Position numbers and translations under genes: made by a program. A stretch of 64,000 nucleotides of DNA from Stegostoma tigrinum (Eukaryota), in contig NC_081380.1 in NCBI RefSeq assembly GCF_030684315.1, positions 27,091,951-27,155,950 on the forward strand, written 5' to 3'. This document shows, piece after piece, positions 1-13,706 of this stretch (positions are counted from its first letter, which is position 1; each line of letters starts with the position of its first letter). The notes below the pieces were generated by a model, which saw only the letters and a program-made list of their open reading frames with translations, did not search any database and was not told the DNA's origin.

Positions 1-589
1 ATTACAAATTGCCATCAACAATAATGTGCGAGCACAGAGCTATCTTAGCAACCAAGCATTATTCAAACTTTGACAGCATAATGGAAGATCCTTAATATTA
101 AGCAAATAGACACAGTCTATAAAATTCAAACTCATTTTTCCACAAGTATAAATTTGATAAAACCTTCTTGCATATAGCACACTATTTTGGGTTTGGTGAA
201 ATAATAACATAATTTTTATTTCTTAATAATAACTAACTGTAATTATATCCATAATGATGTGATTGACATATAGATTGTAAACCTTCTCTGAAATTCAAAC
301 ACTGTTGAGTAAATGTGTTGTGACTGGCAGGCTAACACATGCATAATTGATATAGCTCACACAGTGTTAACTAATTGAGATTTGTTCTATATATGTGCAA
401 AGGGGTTTGTATTCTATTCTAACAGCAACTTACATTTCTACTGTACCTTGAATGTAATGCATAATCAAAAGGTACTTCAAATGAGGCTAATAAAGCTAAA
501 TTAGCTATTGATCTGTAGAACAAAGTTTGAGGCAATTAATCCAAAGCTTGGTCAAAGAAACAGTATTTAGAGATAGAGAGGCAGAGAAC

Positions 590-1625
590 TTGCAGGTAGT
601 GGTGTTCAAATGCATCTGCTCCTCTTGTCCTTCCAGGTGGTAAAGTTATAGGCTTGGAAGGTACCGTCAAAGGAGCCTTGCTGAGTTGCTGTAATGCAAA
701 CTACAGACGGTACACAATGCTCCCACTCTACACTAGTGGTGGAGACAGTGAATGTTGAAGGTGGTGGATGTGGTGCCAATCAAAAAGGCTACTGTGCCCT
801 GGAAGGTGTTAACCTTTTTGAGTGTTGTTAGAGTTGAAGTCATCTTGGCAGATGAAGAGTATTCCATGACACACCTGGCTTGTGCTTTGTAGATGGTATA
901 CAGATTTTTGTGTGTCAGGAGGTAAGTTATTCAGCGCAGAATTCCCAACTCTGACCTCCTCTTACAGCCACAGTATTTATTTGACTCACCTAATGCAATT
1001 TCTAATCAGTGGTAAGTCCCCAAGATGTTGATAGCGTGATATTCCATGATGGTAATGTCATTGAACATCAAGGGAAGATGGATTTTCCCTTCTTAGAGAT
1101 GGTTATTGATTCCCACTTGCAAGGCATGAAAGCCTGAACGCTTTTCAGCTCTTGTTGCCTGTGTTCAGAGACTTCTTTGGTATCTGAGGTGTGCAATTAT
1201 CTGTGAATAGCCCTACTCTGACCTTATGATGAAGAAAAGGTCATTGGTGAAGTAGCTGAAGATGATTTGGACTGGGACACTACTCCAAGGAACTCCCACA
1301 GTGATGTCGGGACAGAAATGATTGACTTCCAACTACCACAAACCATCTTTCTTTGTGCTAGGTCTAACTCCAAATTGTGGGGAATGTTCTCCCCAATTCC
1401 CACTGACTCCAGGTTTTGCTAAGGCTCCTTGATGGCACACTCAGTCAAATGTTACCTTGATGTCAAGGGCAGTCACATTTGGATCAAGACTGTAATAAGG
1501 TGAGTAGCTGAGTGACCCTAGCAGAACCCAACCTGAAAGTCAATGAGCAAGGTAATACTGAGGAAATGCTGCTTGATACCACTGCCAATGACATTTTCCA
1601 TCACTTTGTTGACAACCAACATTCA
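590..1625 (-). mobile_element. Degraded LINE 3' portion (CR1/L2-group, second family)
   Basis: Long similarity to 24488-25470 (same orientation) and 29110-29705 (opposite). The latter reads like a LINE RT C-terminus (MMEYS...LDTIQNKTACMIG). Boundaries approximate. Confidence 0.6.
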
Positions 1626-2019
1626 ACTGATTGGCTGGTGGGGGTTTGTCCTGGTGCTGCCATGTTTTATAGTTTAGACTTGAACTTGGTTCATAACTTC
1701 ACTACCCTCTGGGGTTGCGAATTCCAAACATTTATGGCTGTCTGCAAAAAAATTCCTTTGCATCTATTCTTAATGAGTGTCCCCTGATTTGAGATTTCAC
1801 TACTTAACAGAAAGACCCTCTCAACATGTATCCTTGTTAGATTTCCTCAGAATCTTGTACACTTCATTGTATGCTTATAATTATTCCTGTATGTTTATAG
1901 TTCCCCTGGCAACTAAGCATTTCTCAGGCACATTAAACAGAAAATTCAACCCAAGTAGCTAGACAAACTACCATGAAAGGGCATACAGCAGGAGAAAGGT
2001 CACAGATGTTGCTGAAGCA

Positions 2020-2420
2020 TTGCTGCTCTATCTTTGGAACCAACTCTTCACTTCATATTCTCCTTATTTGCCATCTCTCCCCTCTCTCATTTTATTGCCA
2101 GTCATTTTCATCTGTCCATTTCCCCTTCATCTCGTGCTCTTCATTATCTCTTTTACTTTCTTGCTATCTCATTATCCTATCTTGTTTTCCCTCTCCCTCC
2201 CTTTCATTCACTCCTTCACAGCTCCCTTTCCCTCATCCCAACTTCACTCTCCTATCCTCAATCCTTCATTATCTTCTCTCTCCCTTCCTCCTCTCCTTTA
2301 TTGCTCACACTCTTCCTTGCCTCTCTCTGTCATTGTCTTCTTTCTCACCCAATTGCTTTTCTCTATCTCTACTCTCCCCTTCCCTTCATTGTAATCTACC
2401 TTTTCCACTTTGCACTAATC
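2020..2420. repeat. Pyrimidine-rich (CT) low-complexity tract
   Basis: About 400 bp strongly C/T-rich on +; explains the three overlapping S/L/P/F-rich spurious ORFs. Confidence 0.85.
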
Positions 2421-2676
2421 CTATTTGAGTATTAGTACAAATGAAAGTATTTCTAACTGTTACATAGTTTTACATGAGAATTCTCATGCCGGTGAAATTT
2501 CCAGCAGTAAGTAGTGGCTAATCATCTAGCCATCAATAGCATAGTAGGAACAGCAGCAGGGCACAGGGGTCCAGATCAGGGGTGATTTATGTTAGCTAAT
2601 GGTTACATGTGGGCTGGACCCCTGAAGTGCTCTCACCATGTGAATGATACTCTCCATAAACAGTCAGTAGACTGCT

Positions 2677-2883
2677 TGTGAGATTGCTCGCTGAGCTGGA
2701 AGGTTAGTTTTCAGACGTTTCGTCACCATTCTAGGTAACATCATCAGTGAGCCTCTGACGAAGCGCTCACTGATGATGTTACCTAGAATGGTGACAAAAC
2801 GTCTGAAAACTAACCTTCCAGCTCAGTGAGCAAACTCGCATCCAGAACCTCAACCTGAGCGACAAATCTTCTCAAAACTCGCT
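2677..2883. mobile_element. Fold-back Penelope pseudo-LTR mini-insertion (family A) with hammerhead core
   Basis: Inverted arms meet near 2755-2765. Flanked by a 15-bp direct repeat AGTCAGTAGACTGCT (2662-2676, 2884-2898). Confidence 0.8.
2711..2750 (-). ncRNA. Minimal type I hammerhead ribozyme motif
   Basis: Minus strand reads uca-CUGAUGA-U-GUUACC-uagaau-GGUGAC-GAAAC-GUC-uga: complete core, 6-bp stem II, 3-bp stem I, palindromic ACGU helix III. Confidence 0.75.
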
Positions 2884-3191
2884 AGTCAGTAGACTGCTGC
2901 TGAAATTTTCTCAGTTTAATCAAACTCAACACTTCAATGTGTAAATTCCTGAATTATTATTAGAATGTTAACACCCATTCCCAGACACACATAAACATGC
3001 AAGCAGGGCACCTGGCCATTAGATTCTGTTTCATCATGGTATCTCAGTTCCCTTTTAGAAATTGATTATAAAACAGCTGCTTGTGTGGGCTTATTCTAAC
3101 AAAACAATGGTCTCTGACAAGATGCTGCAAGTTTGTTACCAGCCTTGCTCCTGCAATGGTTTTAAGGGAGCAAAAGATTCCGGAACATTTC

Positions 3192-3211
3192 AGAGAGAGA
3201 GAGAGAGAGAG
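3192..3211. repeat. (GA)n microsatellite
   Basis: About 10 AG units seen directly. Confidence 0.9.
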
Positions 3212-6200
3212 ACACTGGTCGGTGCTGGGAGAGTGAATAAAGTGTCAATGGCCCTCTGCCCCTCTGGGATTAAAAAAACCCACTTAAATAGCAAGACTCT
3301 GGCAAGGATTTTTTTCTTTATCACATATTTCAATCAGACAGCATTTTTACTTCCCTATTTCATTGTTTTGTATTTATAGTTTACCTTGAATTAAGTTTAT
3401 CTTTACAATTTGTTCTGGCTTTGGGAAGGCACACTAAGCTTTATTCTACATATAGTCTTGAACCCTATTTAAGGCACAAATACACAGGAGTTTTCCCTCC
3501 CTCTTTGATTTACATGAGGAAAAAGACCTAAACTGATTACAGATTCATGGACACACACTATCTTATATCATGAATTGGTTTCCTGCAGTGTTTCATACTG
3601 TTACATAACCAAAAGCAGACAAACTGAATATCAGCTTTGTTCTTCTGTAAATCTTGGCTCAGAAATCAGGCTATGTAACTGCTTCCCAATGGCTGTCCCA
3701 CCCTACGAAGATGTGCCAACTAAAACCTCGACCAAGATTGTGGCGAGTCCATGCCCATTTTGTGTGGTCTTGCTACAGCTTGATAGAAACTCCTGGCATA
3801 CAGTGGATTCCAAATTAACCAGATTTGTCCCTTCCCCCACATTTTTGCTAGTTTCTGGAAGGATTCAGAAATCTCAGCCTCAAAATACTGTACACTGGCA
3901 GCTACAGTCACGAATGTTGAGACATTCTGAAGAGATACTGGCCTCTCGCCATCACGTCTAATTTAAGTCTTGCTGAGCCGTACACCTAAGCTTTATAAAA
4001 CTGGTACAATGCAAGTAACACATAATAAAAGGCCTGCCCACACATTCCCTACTTCTCAGATGTCACACACTGTTGCCAGGACCTCCAACGTTGCTACATT
4101 CCTCTTCAGTTAGCTCACTGCAATAGGCATGTGATCGTTTAGGTTAGAAGGTAAAAGCCACTGCTGATGGAAACCAAACTGTAACCCAGTTATCTCGAGG
4201 AGAACAGTGTGATTTCCATCATCAGTCAGATCTCTTTTTATTCAACTTTGCTGCTGCTTTTCGCATCTCATTCACTTGGAAATGCATCTGTCAGAAGGTG
4301 TGGAAAACAGCCAAGATTTTGGTTAGAAAGTGCTTCTGGAGATACGGAATGAAAACTTCCTCTTTCGGAAAAAGAAAACGTTACACTGTGATTTGCTCAC
4401 AAGTTCACCAAGACAAGGCCCAGTGAATAAAGTTATATATAGTCTCTGTCCATTACTGAGAACAAGTCATGTAGTGTCATTGCCTTCAAACCACCTCCAA
4501 CCCAACTCATCCATTACTAATTGCCAAAAGCTAATGATTTTTGGCCCAAATTCAAAAACCTTGCCAATGGATTAAAAAAAAGATGCAAGGATTGATGAGG
4601 CTAAAACAATGTTTATTTGGGAGGTCTAGACTGCATGTTTGAAGCTGTTCAAAACATACTAATGGGAAACTGTGGCTGACTTGGATACACGGCTTTTTAT
4701 CTTTTGATCTCCTCAGATGAACACCTGGCAGCAAATTAAATTTTAAAAAAAATTCTATGCAGCATTTACCTAATAACAACGATGCTGATAGCAGTATTTC
4801 CAGCTGCTGTGGGGCCATTGTAAATTACATCAGACGGATTTGCACAGCTTAGGGTGGCATTCCAACCCAGGGCAAGAGACAGAAAGAAAAGGGTGTACCC
4901 ACCCCCCGTCACTATAATTTGGTATTTCACACCCTTCTCCTCACCTCCGCTTCTCCTGCAACCCTCTCCCTCAAATAATGGTGTTTTTTAACCTGACATC
5001 CCAGCACCTTCTCTCCTTCATTGAGAACCCCAATTCCTCCCTAACCAAAAGCCTCTACTCATCTCTACTTCCTGCTTCCATGATCTTCTCCTTGGGATTC
5101 ATTTGTAGTTCCTAGCAACAGCCTCTACTACATTCATGGATTGAGCTGCTTGCCAGTCACATTGGCTAACACCTCTCAAAGACAGGTCTTCCGGTCCTCA
5201 AAGGGCAAAAGCCCCATTTTAACCTTGTCAAGGTTGTTGCCAGCGTAGCCTTTTTTAAAGCCAGTTGACTCTGGACCCCTGTGGAAAGCCCTCTGAAAAA
5301 TCTCTTCATGTAAGTGATGACCCTTCCAGAAAATCAAGCTTCAAGTTTCAAACTCAGATATTTGTGTCACGGGTGTAAAACTTTATAAAGAAACGTAGGG
5401 CAGCTTGGAATGAGGGCAAAAACTCCCCATGAATTGAAGATTGCAGAATTAGGAGTTGCCTCTTAATTCTGATTACACTTAAAAAGAAAATAAAGTCCAA
5501 GTTCTGAAGGACAGTTCAAGAATATAGTGACTTCTTAAAATAGTTGAGATAGTTTGACCAGTGGAAGACAGAATCACCTTGTCAGCAGAACAGTGCTTTG
5601 CATTATGAAATGCTCTGGACCTTTGAAAAGATAGGAATTACCACAGCTATTCTGTTAAGTTCCAAACGATTACTGGTGAAAGTTTTGGCATCAAGCAGAT
5701 TTGGCCTTACCTCATTCAGAATGGTAACTGGGTTCCATTCTAATGCTTACAGACTATGTAGAATTGCAATATTTTTGAAAAATTAATACTTTTGATTTGA
5801 TTAAGCAAATGAGGAATTAAATTTATATTTGCTTCAGTGTGGTTAGTTGTAATAATTTTTGGTAAGGATGAGAGCAATTTGTCTTGGATCATAAGTAATG
5901 CCATTGGTTTGTAGTTTTGTGGCTCATGCTGATGTAAACTTAGGCTAACACATGTAAGAATTGACTTCAGGTATAAAGTTTTGGCTCAAGAACATACATA
6001 TGTATTAATGTGGTTTAAAAGATGTAAGAGGCCTATGTGCATGTGTATGTTAGGTTCCCTTGTGACTTCCGTAGTCCTGTAGTTGGTTTGATCATTTTAG
6101 ATGTATCAGTATGGACATTTGGAGTGATAATTACACAGTAAACTGTTACATTAATGGCTCATTAGATCATTACCAAAATAAAATGGAGGTAGTCAGCTGA

Positions 6201-6674
6201 GAGGGACAAGCTATCATAAAAGGACCCTACAAAATGTTTGGCATGTCAAAGAAAGAATGAGGAAATAGTAGGATATTACTAACATTAACTGTTAAAGAAA
6301 CGATTCAAGAATCGGACAGACACTAGCCAATCCAAGACTGACCACAGATTGTTTGTGCGTGAATAGGTCAATCAGAGTTCAGAATGCTTCTGAGCACAGA
6401 CAGGGCGTGGTGCTACAACTGTGCTTTTGTGGCTCATCGCACAAGATTGAAGACTGAAGAGTGAAGCAGAACTTCAACAGAACGGAACAAAAGACCCATG
6501 CCCAGTCAACAAGTGCTATGCTCTCGCATCCTGAAGTGGACAAACTGAAAACCACCTGCTGTTCTTAAGTATTATTTCTTTTGTACTTATTATGATAAAC
6601 TTAATAAATTCTGTGAAATGTGTAAAAAGATTTTTGTACCTGGAATGGGCATCATAACTCAAAAAACCCCCCGA

Positions 6675-6900
6675 AAGAACTGCAGATAAATCAGAAACAA
6701 AACCAGAAGTTGCTGGAAAAGCTCAGCAGGTCTGGCAGCATCTGTGAAGAAAAATCAGAGTTAACGTTTCGGGTCCGGTGACCCTTCCTCAGAACGGAGT
6801 TCAGCGTTGATTTTTGAGAAAGGGTCACCAGACCTGATACGTGAACTCTGATTTTACTTCATGGATGCTGTCAGACCTGCTGAGCTTTTCCAGCAATTTG
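6675..6900. mobile_element. Fold-back Penelope pseudo-LTR mini-insertion (family B)
   Basis: Inverted arms TTGCTGGAAAAGCTCAGCAGGTCTG... / ...CAGACCTGCTGAGCTTTTCCAGCAA. Same family at 14930, 15320, 27970, 50959 and 56716. Confidence 0.8.
6760..6795 (-). ncRNA. Minimal type I hammerhead ribozyme motif
   Basis: Minus strand reads guu-CUGAGGA-A-GGGUC-accg-GACCC-GAAAC-GUU-aac. Confidence 0.7.
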
Positions 6901-7090
6901 TTTATCTTGTGGGTGATGTAACTAATCAGAACTGGTAAACTTTAGATTGGTACTCTCAAACACAGGCTATAAATACAACTGATGTAGGTTTTCACTTAAG
7001 GTTATTGTGCACACCAAAAATATGATGGATTTTACATCCTTCGGTGATATAAACTTAATAATCTTGAGGAACAGCTCAAAAGACGCTTAC

Positions 7091-7182
7091 CCAACTGTTC
7101 CTGTCCGGTCATCCTGGCAGGCACGTTTCACTCTGGGATTAAACGTGATCTTGGTATGGAGAGCGGCTTCTTTTGTGAAACA
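7091..7182 (-). CDS. RAB34: Ras-related protein Rab-34, second coding exon
   Basis: 92-nt exon, tttttcag / gtaagc. Encodes CFTKEAALHTKITFNPRVKRACQDDRTGTVG, compared with human CLRKEAALHGHKDFHPRVTCACQEHRTGTVG (recalled). No later exon found in 1-7090, so the gene probably continues off the left edge. Confidence 0.93.
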
Positions 7183-7339
7183 CTGAAAAAAATACAGGTG
7201 TCAAATCACACTAACAAAATATGGTTAATTAAAAATTGAAGATAGGCTTTAATTAAACTCAGTCCTAAGTCTGTGCTGAGTTAGTCTGACTTGAGGGAGC
7301 AACATTCAATGCCCTTTGGCTAAAAAGAGATCACAAGCA

Positions 7340-7615
7340 GGGCAGCAGGATGGCTCAGTGGTTAGCATGTTCTCCCTGTGTCTGCATCAGGTGCTCCGGT
7401 TTCCTCCCACAGTGCAAAGATGTGCAGGGCAGGTGGATTGGCTATGCTAAATTGCCCAGTGTCCAGAGCTGTGCAGGTTAGGTGGATTAGCCATGGGAAA
7501 TGCAGGGTTACAGGTACAGGGCAGAAGGCTGGGTCTCAGTGGGATATTCTTTGGAAGGATGGTGTGGATTTGATGGGCCGAAGGGCCTGCTTCCACACTG
7601 TAGAGTTTCTATGAT
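7340..7615 (+). mobile_element. tRNA-derived SINE (HE1/V-SINE-like), internally deleted
   Basis: A-box GGCTCAGTGGTTAG, V-domain-like GGTTTCCTCCCACAG...GTTAGGTGGATT, and a CR1-type tail GGGCCGAAGGGCCTG. Confidence 0.75.
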
Positions 7616-7899
7616 TAAGCAGTCAAGGTGTTCTTGCTTTCAATCCCTGCCTAGTGCCCTGTGCTTGACTGGCTGTGTCTGTGGTTCTTATTTGAGGACA
7701 GCAGGATGTTTGGTCACCATGGTTGCTCCAGTTAATCAAACAGCTGGCAGCCTAGTACACAAAATCTACAGCCACCTGGGTAGATATGTACAAGACACTA
7801 AATGTTAATCTGCATCAAGGGCAGTTTCTTCAAGAAAGAAGGGGCAAAATTGGGAAACAGGTCAGAATTTTACTCGCTTTCCCATTTTGAGATTTTTTT

Positions 7900-8340
7900 T
7901 GCTCTTGCTGACACAGTCAGTTGCATTCGCATCTCTAAGTCAAAAGGTTCTAGCTTCAAGACTTGCTTCAGGTCATGATTGGCTGACACATGACACTGCA
8001 GTGCAATACTGGGGGAGTACTGCACAGTTAGAGATGGTTTCTTTTGGATGTGATATTAAACTGCGGCTCCATCCGACTGCTCAGGCAGCTATTAAGGGAG
8101 CCCAATGAGTTAGTTTGGAAGTGAGCAAGGGACTGAACCTCATTGTCTTGGCCAATATTTGGCCCCAGTCAACATCACAAAAAATGTGATTATCTGGTCA
8201 TTGCTGCTAATGGGAGTCTGCTCTGTGCAAACTGGTTGCTACATTCCTATACTGCAATAGCAAATATACTTCAAACACACTTCAGTTGCTGTAAACTACT
8301 TTGGGATGTCCAGCATTCATGAAAAGTACAATATAAATGA
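7900..8340 (+). mobile_element. DeuSINE (SacSINE1/AmnSINE1-like)
   Basis: Deu-domain-like core GCAATACTGGGGGAGTACTGCAC...CTTTTGGATGTGATATTAAAC; related copies at 59760-60310 and 61230-61590. Confidence 0.65.
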
Positions 8341-10544
8341 GATAGCTCCCGTAACACTACATCAACCTTGAAGACTAGTACATTTGGATTTAGTACTGGT
8401 TACATTTTGCTAAGTGATTAGTTATCTTTTTTTGGAATTGCCCTGTCCAGGTGTGCACGATCAGATGATCCAAAGCCACAACTTACAAGACCAACCTCAA
8501 CATTTCATCAACTGCCATTAAATTCAAATCTTTGTTGTGTTGTGATGTTATACAAATAGAGGTAAACAATTTATTACCCTACTCAGTATGATGTGCAAGT
8601 AGTGTCAACATGTTTTACTATGGTACCTTCACACAGTGCTGATTCATTATGTGTGCTGTCTTGCCCCAAACATAATACTTCTATGTGATTGCACATGTGC
8701 TGGCTGCATGCTTTTGTCAGAAATTGAGACAGCTAAATTGTCTAAACCATGCATAATCCTCAGTCTGCCAAATGATCTGTTTTCAGGCAGCACTCAGGGT
8801 AACAGTAACATCTGTGAAGCTCTGCCTCAAATGTTCTGTCAATTTGATTGAGGCATAATTTTTAAACCAAAACGGAGAATGAAGGCCACGTTGTGAGTGA
8901 CAGGGATTGCCGAGTGGTAGTGTTTGCTGCTCTTCAAGCCGAGAAAAAGAAAGGAAGAACACATTTGAAATGTTTTCTGAAAAAAAAATCCTCAAACACC
9001 CACTTCACAGCAAAATGTCATGAGTGGCATTTTGAAGCTGATGTTCTCTTTGTGACAGCGAGTGAGTATGGGTCAAAACGTAACAAGACCTGGTTAATGA
9101 TAGCCTTGAGCTTGGAGTAGGTCTCTGCTTCTACATCCGTTATGAACATAAAAAACAGGAGCAAGAGACAGTCATTCAACCATATGGAGTCTGCTCCACG
9201 TTCAATACAGTCATGGCCAATTTCCTACTTTAATTCCACCTCTCCACATTATCCCTATACCCTTGAATAAAAACATAAGAAACAGGAGCAGGTCCAGGCC
9301 ATTCAGCCTTCTCCTTCGATGCTGCCCCACTCAATAGCAACTATGATTATCTCCTCAAAAGAACAAAAGTTTTGAAATCCCGCCACGGCATTCTTGCTAT
9401 GCTTTCATTTATTATCTTGTTCGATGCAGTGAAGCGATTTTCGCATTTTGCCATTTTAGGGAGTACATACTGCTGCCCATTCCACTAGTACCCGTGTGAA
9501 GTTGTCTTACCAAGGATAGCATGATTAAAACCTAAGTCATATAAATTGCCATCTGAATTTACCACAGTCTGGCCAGCTGTGTGTTGAGTTATCTGCAGCA
9601 CTACATATGCTGAGTTTCTATGACGGAGTAAAGGATTTTCTAGTAAGAAAGATCTCTGAGGGGCATTCAGCCAGACATAAGCTCTGACATAAAATTATAC
9701 AGCATAAGCTCTTACGTAAAATTATACAAATTAAAGAATTTATAAAATTCTTTAGATTCACCAACTTGACTCTGGCCTGTTTCTATGTAGATCGCATTCT
9801 GCAAATACAACTGACTAACTGAAATGATCTCCTATGTTTGCTGAACTAGGCTTTTCTGACGAGTGAGGACAGTGTCCTTAGTCCATTATAGGAATCCTTT
9901 ACCACACAGTGTGATTGGGAACCTCCATGGTTTTGATGTAAAATCAAATGGCTTATATTCTGAAAGCCTGCGTTTTCAATAGTGTGACTTCTCACTTGCC
10001 CTGTTATTCCTAGAGTCACCACAAAAGTTAAAGATTTTACGAAAATAGACTAAAATACCCACTTTACCTGTCTTTTTAGACTGAGTCTCATGGAAAGCAT
10101 GGACCAGGTATCCGTACTTAATAAGAATTATTATTTATTATAAATAAACTGATTCTAGCTACAGGTAGATGACTATTAAGTATTAATATATTATTCTGCT
10201 AGCTAAAACTCTAATCCTTTATAAAACTCCCTCTACACACATGCACACACACATATAGAAACAGGCAGGAAAAAAACATTGGTGTTATGCATGAAAGGAA
10301 AAAAGTAGGAAGGCGTTTTAATGGCTTATTCCCACAGGGTTTGCTGAACCTATTCATTTTTGTTTGCTGTTCTTCAACATCTTGACTCCGGGTACTGTTA
10401 GCTTTCTTGCAGAAAGCACAGAGTGACTAGCTCACAAATAGCGAAGTCTCTTAGCTATTGGTTGAAAGGCATAGCTTACCGAAACTGGGGAGGGAAAATA
10501 AACTGGCTTTAGGCATTTGTTACTACAGATGGAGATGGACAGCA

Positions 10545-11105
10545 TAGTCATAGAGTCATACAGCATGGAAACAGACCATTTGGTACAGCCAGTCCATGCC
10601 AACTATAATCCCAAATTAAACTAGTCCCACCTGCTTGCGGTTGACCCATATCCCTCCAAATATTTCTTATTCATGTACGTATCTAACTGCCTTTTTAAAC
10701 GTTGTAACTGCACCTGCATCCACCACTTCCTCTAAAAGTTCATTTCACACCATTTCACACCTTTACACTTGTGTAAAAAAATTAACTCTCATGTCTTTTT
10801 TAAATCTTTCTCCTGTCACCTTGAAAATATGTCCCCTTGTCTTAGAATCCTCCGCTCTAGGGGAAGGACACCTGCCATTCACCTAATCTATACACCTCAT
10901 GATTTTATAAACCTCTATACAATGACCCCTCAACCTACCAGGCTCCAGTGAAAAAAATTCCTAGGTTATCTAGCCTCTCCTTATAAATAAAAATCCTCCA
11001 TTCCTGTCAATATCCAGGCAAATCTCTTCTGAACCCTCTCCAGCTTAATAATATCTTTCCTTTAACAGGGAGACCAAAACTGGACACAGCACTCCAGAAG
11101 AGGTT
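10545..11105 (-). mobile_element. CR1/HER1 LINE 3' end
   Basis: Characteristic CATAGAGTCATACAGCATGGAAACAG tail, shared with 35303, 52218, and inverted at 21085 and 26675. Confidence 0.8.
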
Positions 11106-13706
11106 CGAAGGGATCTAGCCATTTCCTTCACATGCCAGGCTATTCAGCTACCTGGGAGCTTATCAAATAGTAGGCAGGTAGTCATTGTTATCCACAGCAG
11201 GTCACAACTCCCCAAACCAATCAGCTACTTGTTGTCAGCTGACACCCACCTTGTACACATCTCCAGTGTCAACCCATCTGCAATTAGCTTTTCCCATTGG
11301 TTGAGCAAAGCAGCAGTGTAAACACCACTTACAATGAGTTTTGGTCAATTGCTTTTAAAACATGCAGAGGTCCCTTCCACAATCTTTGGGTTTTGTAACA
11401 GTCCTCCTTCTATTTCAACCCACAATCAAAAACACAGAAAAACAAAATGACAAGTCTTTTACAATAACTTTTTCAAGAATAATCATTGGGCTCCACTCTC
11501 CTGAGCAATTGTCACAGCTTAAATATCTTTTTAGTTCACTTGAACACTGCTCAATAATCCAGTGCTCTGTCAATCAACCAGCTGTGTGGTTGGGGAAACA
11601 ATTATCTACATGCAATTTAGTTTCATTTAAAGCAGGCATAATTTCTCCTGAGGAGCTTCAATGGTCACACTCTGAACAGGATGCCAACAATGAGTTTTAG
11701 ACTGATATAATCATATTTTATTATATGTATATTACTTGAATACTTAAACTTTCAGACTTTGCTGATTCTGGCCTGCAGACTTTAGGAAATGAATAGGCAA
11801 GACCACTCTTGGCAATTATTGCTTACTTGACACTTAAAGTTTTACGCAGAAATAAAGTGAAAGAAGTAAGTGAGAAAAACATTCTTGTTGAAAGACAAGT
11901 CTAGACTGGGGCCACAGATCCAATAAAGGGCTCTTTCATATTTCAGAACTTTTTGAAGAGTAAGAGCTTAGGGGTAATTTTCGAAGCGCAATTTACTAAA
12001 ACTGAGACTAGAACATAAATAATGTTGGAGATCATTTCAACCAATGCAGGTACAAACATGCAGGGCTCCATTTTAGGTGGAATCAAAACTATATCAGCCA
12101 TAGTACTGAAACTTGCAGCATTTTAAGTGTATTGCTGCTGTTTTTCATATTACCATTTGACTGTGTAAATAAAAAGAGGGGCCTTGAAATTATAGTGAGG
12201 GACCCCGATTGCAAGAATGCTTGGAGCATTTAGTGAAATTTCTTTCCTCATCGTGGCAGAGGTAGCAACCTATTATTTTAAACAAGCAGCAAAGGGAATT
12301 CAGATAAATACACTGTCTTACTGACAACATAATTTCAAGGCTATCACATAAACCTCTTTACTGTAAAGTCATACGTATATCAACTTAAAATTACAGTAGT
12401 AGAGACATATGATAAAGCTCAGGAAACACAAACAGTGTATACTTAGCCTTAGTCATAGCATGACCTGGTTCATGCAGGTCTACTGCCTTTATTTTTCATT
12501 TTCTCTTCTATTTCCTCTGTTCCTCTCCTGAAAGTACAGCCTCACGCTAGACCAGTCTTACAATTCACCATTCCTTCACCCAGATACTTACATCAGCATA
12601 GGTAGAGAATATCTCTGCTAGGTACTGCTCAAAGAAATCATTAAAACCATGATCAGTCATATTTCAGCACATAATCACTTTCTAGTATTGTGTTTCAAGT
12701 ATACTTCAATGTGTTTGCTCCAGATGATAAAGATAAGAAGACAATGATTATTCTAATGTTACCAAAATAAGGGCCCAGGCTTTCTATCACGACCCCTTTT
12801 GTTTGTAATGGATTTTATTGGCGTTGTGACCAGAAGACCATGGCCAAAGCATTTTGAAATAGTTAGCTTCTTTAAAAAATTATAAATGGCTGCTTTAACT
12901 GTAAAATACAGGGATTTATTTCAAACTTTGTGAGCTAATTACTTTGCTATTGTTGAATACCTGTTTAGTTTCCTGGAATAACATGTATTATTCAGATATT
13001 TCAGACAGAACTGTATCAATATTATGTTTAATGGTTGTTTTTTTGCTGCACTTAATTAATTTGAATAGGAAGCCACTTTGGCTTGCCCAGGAAAGCCACT
13101 TACAGATGTGCCAAAGAGTTCCCTTTAACTGAATGTATAAAGCAAATTATCTGAAATCTGAACAAAAAAAACAAAAACAAAGAAACTCATTCTAAGTGCT
13201 GGGATTTGGTTAGGCAGAAAACTCTGCAATGTGCGGCTTACTGACAGGAATTCCAATTTTATATGGAGCACTGGCAGCTACAAGATGAAGTCTATTTCAT
13301 TCTTGCAACAAGCATCTTTTTTACAACCCACGAGCTCTCTGTGTGCCAATGACTGAAAATTCTTGGACAGGGGTACTGTGGTACACACCATCACCCAGGA
13401 CCCCATTCATCAAAGTGAAAATGACTTATAAACCATATGAACAGTGGATATATTGAAATATTAAATGTTTTCCTAACAATGTTATAAAATCACAAGGTCA
13501 GTTTGTGTACAAATTATTTTTAAGCCCTGTGGTTTATGATATCAACTTTTTAAAAAATATGCATTCATGGGATGTGGGTGTTGCTGGCATTTATGCCTAT
13601 TCCCAATTGTCCAAAGGGCAGTTAAAACTCAATTGCACTGCTGTAGATCAAGAAACACGTGGACACCAGATCAGGTAATGATAGCAGAGTTCCTTTCTGA
13701 AATCAC

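Larger units (their letters stand above)
5848..6977 (+). mobile_element. Possible solo LTR interrupted by a PLE mini-insertion
   Basis: Starts TGTA and ends TACA within AGTTGTA...TACAACT inverted ends; AATAAA near 6603. No clear target duplication. Confidence 0.3.

Noticed and set aside
1973-2435. Three overlapping ORFs of 124-151 aa
   Set aside because: Artefact of a CT-rich low-complexity tract that lacks stop codons.
5706-5790. Minus-strand donor-like GAG|gtaagg as the next RAB34 exon
   Set aside because: Adjacent sequence does not encode the expected FKISK..VVGDLSVGKTCLINR P-loop exon.
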